Source of the DNA: an uncultured bacterium
GTDB taxonomy: Bacteria; Auribacterota; JACPWU01
NCBI GenBank assembly: GCA_964640155.1
Contig: CAZXEQ010000003.1
Span: forward strand, 254,189 to 286,188
Direction of reading: 5' to 3'
DNA length: 32,000 nucleotides
Shown: positions 26,266 to 32,000 of the stretch, one piece after another
How positions within the stretch are numbered: the first letter of the stretch is position 1
How the letters are laid out: every line of letters begins with the position of its first letter
The notes under the pieces: generated by a model
What the model saw: only the letters and a program-made list of their open reading frames with translations
What the model was told of the DNA's origin: nothing
The model's database searches: none
Program-made: the position numbers and the translations under genes

Positions 26266-26973
26266 TTGAAATTTTTCTTTTTAAGAAGTGAAGAACCTGA
26301 ATGGATGGATGATGGGAATGTTTCTATAGATGAGATTAAAGAGAGTCTCAAAGATCTTTGTTTTATCAATCGGTATTTAGGTGGAGCAGCTGTTGCTTTG
26401 AGATTGATTAAGAATATCGTAAAAAAGAAAAATCTTCAAAAATTTTCTATTTTAGATGTTGCGACAGGGTCTTCAGATATCCCCAGACAATTGATTAAGT
26501 GGGCAAGACAAGAGAATTTAGATATTTCAATCACAGCTTTAGATAAAAACCCTCAAATGATTAAAATTTCTCAAGAATTTTCAAAATTCTATCCAGAAAT
26601 ATCTTTTGAGATTGGAGATTTTTTAAAAAATAGTTATTCAGAAAATACTTTTGATTTTTGTATTTCATCATTATTTTTACACCATTTAAGTGATGAAAGG
26701 ATTAAGCCTTTTTTAAAAGAAATGTTTCGTTTGTGTCGACATGGAGTGATCATCAATGATTTGGTAAGGGGTATTGTGCCCTATGTGTTTTTTAAGTTAA
26801 TAGGCCCTCTTTTGCGTCTTCATCTTATGACTCGCCATGATGGTGCTGTTTCGATTCGTCGGGCGTTTACTCTTAAAGAAATAAAGTTAATTGCTCGGGA
26901 AGCTGGGTTTCATTCATTCTCTGTTAGAAAACATTTCCCTTATCGAATGAGTTTGGTGCTTCATAAAGGATAA
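26266..26973 (+). CDS. Class I SAM-dependent methyltransferase
   Basis: Motif I is ILDVATGSSDIP, followed by acidic ALDKN, then FDFCISSLFLHHL and motif III-like CRHGVIINDL. The TTG start has AAAGGA 8 nt upstream and lies 3 nt after the PKS stop. Confidence 0.85.
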   Translation: MKFFFLRSEEPEWMDDGNVSIDEIKESLKDLCFINRYLGGAAVALRLIKNIVKKKNLQKFSILDVATGSSDIPRQLIKWARQENLDISITALDKNPQMIKISQEFSKFYPEISFEIGDFLKNSYSENTFDFCISSLFLHHLSDERIKPFLKEMFRLCRHGVIINDLVRGIVPYVFFKLIGPLLRLHLMTRHDGAVSIRRAFTLKEIKLIAREAGFHSFSVRKHFPYRMSLVLHKG

Positions 26974-26976
26974 TGC

Positions 26977-28074
26977 ATGTCTGAAACTTACGATGCTATT
27001 GTTGTGGGGGGAGGACCGGCAGGAAGTGCATCAGCCATATCCTTGAAAAAGAAATTTTCTTCTGTCCTTTTGATTGAAAAATCTTTTTTCCCTCGAGATA
27101 AAGTGTGTGGTGAATTCATTAGTCCGGCTGCTTGGAAAGTTTTTGATGGCTTAGGTCTTCGTGATGAAATTATGAAGAGTAGTTATTGTCCTATTGATAA
27201 GGCTATTCTTCATTCTCCGAAAGGTCATAAAGCTCAAATTTGCTTTTACTCAAATCATGCGTTGGGTTTAAGTCGTAAGTCTCTGGATTCAATTTTGATC
27301 AATCATGTGAAATCTTTGGGAGTTGATGTATTAGAGGGTTTTCTAATGACACATTATGAGAAGGATGCTGATGGATGTTGGAAGGTGAGTGTGTTTTCTA
27401 AAGATTCTAAAATTGTGCAGTATTATAAAGCCAAACATTTGATTATGGCTAAAGGGCGTTCTTCTTCTGTGGCACCAAAGAAAAAAATGATAGGGTTAAA
27501 GGCTCATTATCAGGGGATTGAACGCTCTCAAAATATTTTGGATCTTTATCTTTTTAGAGAAGGATATGGAGGATTGGTTCAAGTGGAAGACCAGACTACC
27601 AATGCATGTTTTCTTGTGGATATGAAAAAGATTCCCTTACCTTTTCTTCCAAGAAATCCAGATCAGGTCATGGATTTTATTTTTTCTTGTCATCCCATAC
27701 TTAAAAAACAAATGACAAGTTCAAAACGTGTCAGTAATGTTCAAGTGACAGGCCCTTCATCCTTCGGTTTACAATATTATTCGGATTCTGATGAAGTTTT
27801 TCATGTTGGAGATGCTTTAGGTGTGATTGATCCGTTTTTGGGAGATGGAATGACAATGGCGATGGAGGCAGGGTCTTTGGTAGGTAACTCTGAAAACGCT
27901 CGTCATTTTTCTAGAGTTATCAAAGAAAAATTTTCAAGCCGATTTAGATGGAGTCAGTGGTTGAGACTTTTTCATTTTCATCCATGGGTGATGGATCAGA
28001 GCATTTCCTTTTTGAGTTCCCATGAAAAACTTACCCAAAATTTATTTGAGAGAACCCACGGGTATATTGCTTAA
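26977..28074 (+). CDS. FAD-dependent oxidoreductase / monooxygenase (geranylgeranyl-reductase-like family)
   Basis: N-terminal dinucleotide fold YDAIVVGGGPAGSASAISL..LLIEK and C-terminal FAD motif GDALGVIDPFLGDGMTMAMEAG. It starts 3 nt after the methyltransferase stop. Confidence 0.85.
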   Translation: MSETYDAIVVGGGPAGSASAISLKKKFSSVLLIEKSFFPRDKVCGEFISPAAWKVFDGLGLRDEIMKSSYCPIDKAILHSPKGHKAQICFYSNHALGLSRKSLDSILINHVKSLGVDVLEGFLMTHYEKDADGCWKVSVFSKDSKIVQYYKAKHLIMAKGRSSSVAPKKKMIGLKAHYQGIERSQNILDLYLFREGYGGLVQVEDQTTNACFLVDMKKIPLPFLPRNPDQVMDFIFSCHPILKKQMTSSKRVSNVQVTGPSSFGLQYYSDSDEVFHVGDALGVIDPFLGDGMTMAMEAGSLVGNSENARHFSRVIKEKFSSRFRWSQWLRLFHFHPWVMDQSISFLSSHEKLTQNLFERTHGYIA

Positions 28075-28146
28075 TTTTTAAGGTAAGAGTTGATTTTTAA
28101 ATGACTTTCGAGCATTATATCTGAAGTTTTTTTGGAAAGTTAACAT

Positions 28147-28220
28147 CGGGGTGTAGCGCAGCTCGGTAGCGCACCTGCCTTGGGCGCAGGGGGTCCCCAG
28201 TTCGAATCTGGGCACCCCGA
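28147..28220 (+). tRNA. tRNA-Pro (anticodon UGG)
   Basis: Hand-folded cloverleaf: acceptor CGGGGTG/CACCCCG, D-arm GCGC-AGCTCGGTA-GCGC, anticodon arm CCTGC-CTTGGGC-GCAGG (U33, anticodon TGG, G37), variable GGGTC, T-arm CCCAG-TTCGAAT-CTGGG, discriminator A. CCA is not encoded. Confidence 0.9.
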
Positions 28221-28244
28221 TTTTTTATTTAGAGAGTTAAGAAG

Positions 28245-28532
28245 ATGAAAGCTCAAACTAATCGAATCATTTTCTATTTTTCCTTGTTTTGTTTTTTTAA
28301 TATAAAGTTTTTGCAAGCAATGGAAAATCCTTCTTCTCAAACTATCAATCAAACATGCCCAAAATGTAGTTCCTCATCTGTTGTTGAGATTATTTATGGT
28401 AAACCGGATCATGAATTAATGGAATTGGCTGAAAGAGGAGAAGTAATTTTAGGTGGATGTGAAGTTGCAAGAGATAATCCTGATTTTGCTTGCAAGAGTT
28501 GCGGCCACAGATGGCTTCGCCTCAAGCATTAA
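28245..28532 (+). CDS. Small hypothetical zinc-ribbon protein with N-terminal hydrophobic leader
   Basis: 95 aa with leader IIFYFSLFCFFNIKFLQA. Two CxxC pairs (CPKCSSS ... CKSCGHRW) flank YGKP...LGGC. An alternative start is MENPSS at 28320. Confidence 0.5.
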   Translation: MKAQTNRIIFYFSLFCFFNIKFLQAMENPSSQTINQTCPKCSSSSVVEIIYGKPDHELMELAERGEVILGGCEVARDNPDFACKSCGHRWLRLKH

Positions 28533-30472
28533 GCCCTCAATTGCCTTTCCGCATCAATTACGTCACGGTTCATGAGTTCTTTAGCTTTCATAGCGGTATC
28601 TCGAAGTGTAGGAGATATGTAGGGGGCATGAGCCAATTCTCGCAAAAGTTGAATCACCATTCGGAAATAACGCACCAATTCTCCTTCATCCGCCTGAGTG
28701 TACCTAAATAATTTCTGAAAACTTGCTCCGTGTGTCCAAGCTTCTATGGCAGGAGCTAAATTGAAATGTGGAGGTTTAGTGTATGGATAAATTCTATATT
28801 TTTGTTCTTTTCTGTGAATCATTTTTGCATGATTCTCTACCATTTTTCTTAAGTCATCATTTTGCCCATGAAGTTTGGGTGGATGGTCACCTTTGCGGGG
28901 TTCAAAAACAAGTGCTGATAAAAGAATGTTTAATTTTGATTCTTTAAGTCCCTCGAGAACTCCTTCTTCCTGCATTTCTGAAAGAATAAGTTCATATCCA
29001 AAAAGTGATGCTGCAAATTCTCCTTTTGAGGTTAGACGCTCAGGAGTGAGATAACCCATATTTTCTAAAATGGCAATTTTGCGCTCAATGAGTTGATATC
29101 CTTCTTTTCGTCGTTTCGAGCTAGATTGAAAATGATGAAAAGAATCAGGGTAGATTCTTAAAAGTTCACGACCATGTTTTTTGTAAAGATTGAGAATGGT
29201 TGCATAAGCTGTATTTAACTGGCTTCTGATAGGTTCAGGCTTTCCATAAATAATACGCTGAACCTCAGGGTAGGAGATATCATGAGGATTAATTCTTGAA
29301 TAGACATAACCTTGTGTATCCATTCCACGTCGGCCTGCACGGCCTGCCATTTGATAAAAATCTCGCGTGCTGAGCGTGCGAAAGCCTGTACCATAAAATT
29401 TTTCAAGTTCATCAAAGATCACACTTCGAGCAGGCATGTTAATGCCCAAAGCAAATGTCTCTGTGGTAAAAATAAGTTTGATGAGGCGGCTTGTAAAAAG
29501 TCGTTCAATCACTTCTTTTAAAGTAGGGAGAAGCCCTGCGTGGTGAAAGGCAATGCCACGCTCAATGAGAGGTCTAATTTCTTGGGCAGATCTCTCATGA
29601 TGTAAATCATAACGTGAAAGAAGTTCGTCATAAAGAGATTGAATTTTCTTTTGCTCGTCAGGTGTAAGAAAGTTAAAAATCTCGCTCTCCCAAGCAAGAA
29701 GCTCTGTTCTTTTGCGTCCAAAGGCAAAATAAATGGCAGGAAGTTGATCTTTTTTAATAAGATGTTCTAAGAGTTGATCCAATCGATTGGGTTTTGCGCG
29801 AAGTGGCATGGATCTATAATGTTGCTGACGATTATAGTCTTTCCAATTTTCTTTATGCGAATATCCTTCCGTAAAAAGTTTGTGAGTTTGATCGATGATT
29901 CTATTTTGAGCTTGAAAAAGAAATTCTAAGGGAACGGGTCTTTTACTTTCTTCAACAACAGCGACAGGGCGGTGATGAATCAGTTTAATCCAATTAGCCA
30001 ATTCATTGACATTAGGGATTGTAGCACTGAGGGCTAAGATTCGAATTTTTTGAGGGGTAAAAAGCAAAGATTCTTCCCAAACTGTCCCACGTTCTGGATC
30101 ATCTAAATAATGCACTTCATCAAATATCACCCAGCCGGTTCTTTCAATGCGCTGATGACTTTCAAAAAGGCAATTTCGATAGATTTCTGCAGTCATGATC
30201 AAAAGAGGTGCATCTTGATTGATAACAACGTCACCTGTAAGTATCCCGACACTTTCTCCATAGCGACCACGAAAGTCTCTATATTTCTGATTGCTAAGGG
30301 CTTTGATAGGAGCCGTATAAATGACGCCTTGGCCCTCCGCCATTGCTTTTTCAATCACACGTTCAGCGATGAGGGTTTTTCCAGAACCTGTGGGGGCAGA
30401 GATTAAAACAGAATGGCCTTTTTCTATCCACGCAATGGCTTCTTTTTGGAATTGATCTAATTCAAATGTCAT
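28529..30472 (-). CDS. Ski2-like DEVH-box RNA helicase with C-terminal DSHCT-like domain (HelY-like, compact)
   Basis: Helicase motifs: Walker A SAPTGSGKTLIAE, motif II VIFDEVHYL, motif III LSATIPN, motif VI QMAGRAGRRGMD. The C-terminus IEAWTHGASFQKLFRYTQADEGELVRYFRMVIQLLREL resembles the Ski2/Mtr4 DSHCT domain. Confidence 0.9.
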   Translation of the reverse strand: MTFELDQFQKEAIAWIEKGHSVLISAPTGSGKTLIAERVIEKAMAEGQGVIYTAPIKALSNQKYRDFRGRYGESVGILTGDVVINQDAPLLIMTAEIYRNCLFESHQRIERTGWVIFDEVHYLDDPERGTVWEESLLFTPQKIRILALSATIPNVNELANWIKLIHHRPVAVVEESKRPVPLEFLFQAQNRIIDQTHKLFTEGYSHKENWKDYNRQQHYRSMPLRAKPNRLDQLLEHLIKKDQLPAIYFAFGRKRTELLAWESEIFNFLTPDEQKKIQSLYDELLSRYDLHHERSAQEIRPLIERGIAFHHAGLLPTLKEVIERLFTSRLIKLIFTTETFALGINMPARSVIFDELEKFYGTGFRTLSTRDFYQMAGRAGRRGMDTQGYVYSRINPHDISYPEVQRIIYGKPEPIRSQLNTAYATILNLYKKHGRELLRIYPDSFHHFQSSSKRRKEGYQLIERKIAILENMGYLTPERLTSKGEFAASLFGYELILSEMQEEGVLEGLKESKLNILLSALVFEPRKGDHPPKLHGQNDDLRKMVENHAKMIHRKEQKYRIYPYTKPPHFNLAPAIEAWTHGASFQKLFRYTQADEGELVRYFRMVIQLLRELAHAPYISPTLRDTAMKAKELMNRDVIDAERQLRA

Positions 30473-30556
30473 GGTTAACTCTTGGGTAGATTATACAGAA
30501 GTTATGTGAACTTAGGTCCTGAATTCTTTTTACGTTTTCAAAGGGGGAAGGAAACA

Positions 30557-32000
30557 ATGAAAGATTCTGCACAATCCATTAATCAGAACGAGCCAATTTT
30601 TTACCCACCATCAGATTTGAGCCAGAATGCTTATATCAAAAACCGAGAAGAATATGAGAAGCTTTATCAGCAATCCATTGAACAACCTGAAAAATTTTGG
30701 GATGAGCAGGCTCAAGATAATTTGATCTGGTTTAAAAAATGGGAAAAGGTTTTTGAATATGATTTTTCGAAAATTGGGGAAGTAAAAACACCGTATGTTC
30801 AATATTTTATCGGGGGGAAATTAAACGTTTCATACAATTGTTTAGATCGTCATTTAACAAGTTCCAGACGTGATAAGGCTGCGATTGTTTGGGTGGGTGA
30901 AAACGAAGAAGAAAAGAGGATGCTGACTTATCAAGAGCTTTATACACTTGTCTGTCGTTTTGCCAATGTGCTCAAATCTCAGGGAGTCAAAAAGGGAGAC
31001 CGCATAACTATTTTTCTCCCCATGACTCCAGAGATTGTAGTGGCAGTGTTAGCTTGTGCAAGAATTGGCGCGATTCATTCCGTGGTCTTTTCAGCTTTTA
31101 GTGCAGAAGCGCTTAAAAGTCGTATTCAAGATTGTCAATCGAAGCTTGTGATTACATCTGACATCGGTTTTCATGGTGGAAAACAAATTGAATTAAAAGC
31201 AAAAGTGGATGAAGCTTTGCGTGATTGTCCAACGGTTGAACATGTCATTGTATACAATCGCGGAAATCAGAATGTTCAGATGCAAAAGGGCCACGATTTG
31301 TGGTGGCATGAGCTGATGAGCCAAACAAGTTTTTCTTCTGAATGCCCCGCTGAAGAAATGGACGCCGAAGATCCTCTTTTTATTCTCTACACCAGTGGTT
31401 CTACAGGAAAACCTAAGGGAGTTTTGCACACTTCTGGGGGATATCTTCTTTATGCCCATTTAACTTTTAAATGGGTTTTTGATGTGAAAGAGGAAGACCT
31501 TTTTTGGTGTACGGCTGACATTGGTTGGATCACAGGACATTCGTATGTCATTTATGGGCCTCTTTCCAATGGAGCAACTGTTTTGATATTTGAAGGAATT
31601 CCTACTTATCCTGAACCAAATCGTTTTTGGAAAATTATTGAAGACTATAAAGTCACTATTTTCTATACAGCCCCTACTGCGATTAGAGCTCTCATGAGAT
31701 TGGGAGATGAATGGCCCAATCAGCATGATTTATCTTCTTTGCGAATTTTGGGAAGTGTAGGAGAGCCTATTAATCCAGCCGCATGGTTATGGTATCACCG
31801 GGTGATTGGAAAGGAACGTTGTCCTGTGATAGATACATGGTGGCAGACTGAAACAGGTGGAATGATGATTACGCCTCTTGCGGGAGCTTTGCCAACCAAA
31901 CCAGGGTCTACCTCAAAACCTTTTTTTGGAATTGTTCCTGAAATTTTAAAATATGATGGCTCAAAAGTAGATACGAATGAAACGGGCTGTCTTGTGATTA
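30557..32000 (+). CDS. acs: Acetyl-CoA synthetase (AMP-forming), C-terminus runs off the window
   Basis: Absent from the ORF track because it is truncated at the window edge. My translation from the ATG at 30557 (RBS AAGGGGGAAGG upstream) reads MKDSAQSINQ...YEKLYQQSIEQPEKFWDEQA...YFIGGKLNVSYNCLDRHL... It also contains the AMP-binding motif YTSGSTGKPKGV (about nt 31390) and TADIGWITGHSY. Confidence 0.93.
   Translation, partial: MKDSAQSINQNEPIFYPPSDLSQNAYIKNREEYEKLYQQSIEQPEKFWDEQAQDNLIWFKKWEKVFEYDFSKIGEVKTPYVQYFIGGKLNVSYNCLDRHLTSSRRDKAAIVWVGENEEEKRMLTYQELYTLVCRFANVLKSQGVKKGDRITIFLPMTPEIVVAVLACARIGAIHSVVFSAFSAEALKSRIQDCQSKLVITSDIGFHGGKQIELKAKVDEALRDCPTVEHVIVYNRGNQNVQMQKGHDLWWHELMSQTSFSSECPAEEMDAEDPLFILYTSGSTGKPKGVLHTSGGYLLYAHLTFKWVFDVKEEDLFWCTADIGWITGHSYVIYGPLSNGATVLIFEGIPTYPEPNRFWKIIEDYKVTIFYTAPTAIRALMRLGDEWPNQHDLSSLRILGSVGEPINPAAWLWYHRVIGKERCPVIDTWWQTETGGMMITPLAGALPTKPGSTSKPFFGIVPEILKYDGSKVDTNETGCLVI

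Noticed and set aside
28140-28352. 70-aa minus-strand ORF.
   Set aside because: It is largely the reverse complement of the tRNA-Pro gene and of the start of the zinc-ribbon ORF, so it is an artefact.
28147-28532. tRNA-Pro as an integration site for a genomic island (the PKS cassette upstream or the small ORF downstream).
   Set aside because: There is no integrase, no direct repeat of the tRNA 3' end that I could find in the window, and no obvious compositional shift on either side.
31193-31726. Two 88-aa minus-strand ORFs near the window end.
   Set aside because: They lie antisense to acs, whose plus-strand frame contains the YTSGSTGKPKG AMP-binding signature.

Overview
This is an AT-rich (about 35-40% GC by eye), densely coding bacterial chromosomal window. 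I saw no rRNA, CRISPR array, transposase or integrase.

Gene order:
- ccmF (partial) and ccmE on the minus strand (System I cytochrome c maturation). CcmE is the rare CxxxY variant.
- Divergently, two very large paralogous ORFs with signal peptides (1108 aa and about 2443 aa).
- A small ORF followed by folE.
- A weak ORF.
- Two tandem prepilin-type / H-X9-DG proteins.
- A CUT1-type sugar ABC importer whose binding protein is fused to a permease, plus a second permease.
- A small membrane protein on the minus strand.
- A GH35-like glycosidase and a GH94 phosphorylase, coupled by an ATGA overlap.
- A tight type III PKS / methyltransferase / FAD-oxidoreductase operon.
- tRNA-Pro(UGG).
- A small zinc-ribbon ORF.
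- A Ski2-like DEVH helicase on the minus strand.
- acs (partial).

The best candidate for an undescribed system is the giant ORF pair at 2355-13169. Both share a roughly 620-aa N-terminal 'head' that I cannot assign to a named family. Its motif order (H...E...GGFH) resembles the Tiki/TraB/ChaN/GumN superfamily. The C-termini are unrelated. The shorter protein has a unique 480-aa tail. The longer one has three tandem modules of about 420-440 aa, each with class I SAM-methyltransferase-like motifs.

All product calls rest on motif recognition from the supplied translations and my own translation of edge-truncated genes. No database search was possible. The H-X9-DG paralogs suggest a PVC-superphylum or Omnitrophota-like lineage, but I cannot establish taxonomy.
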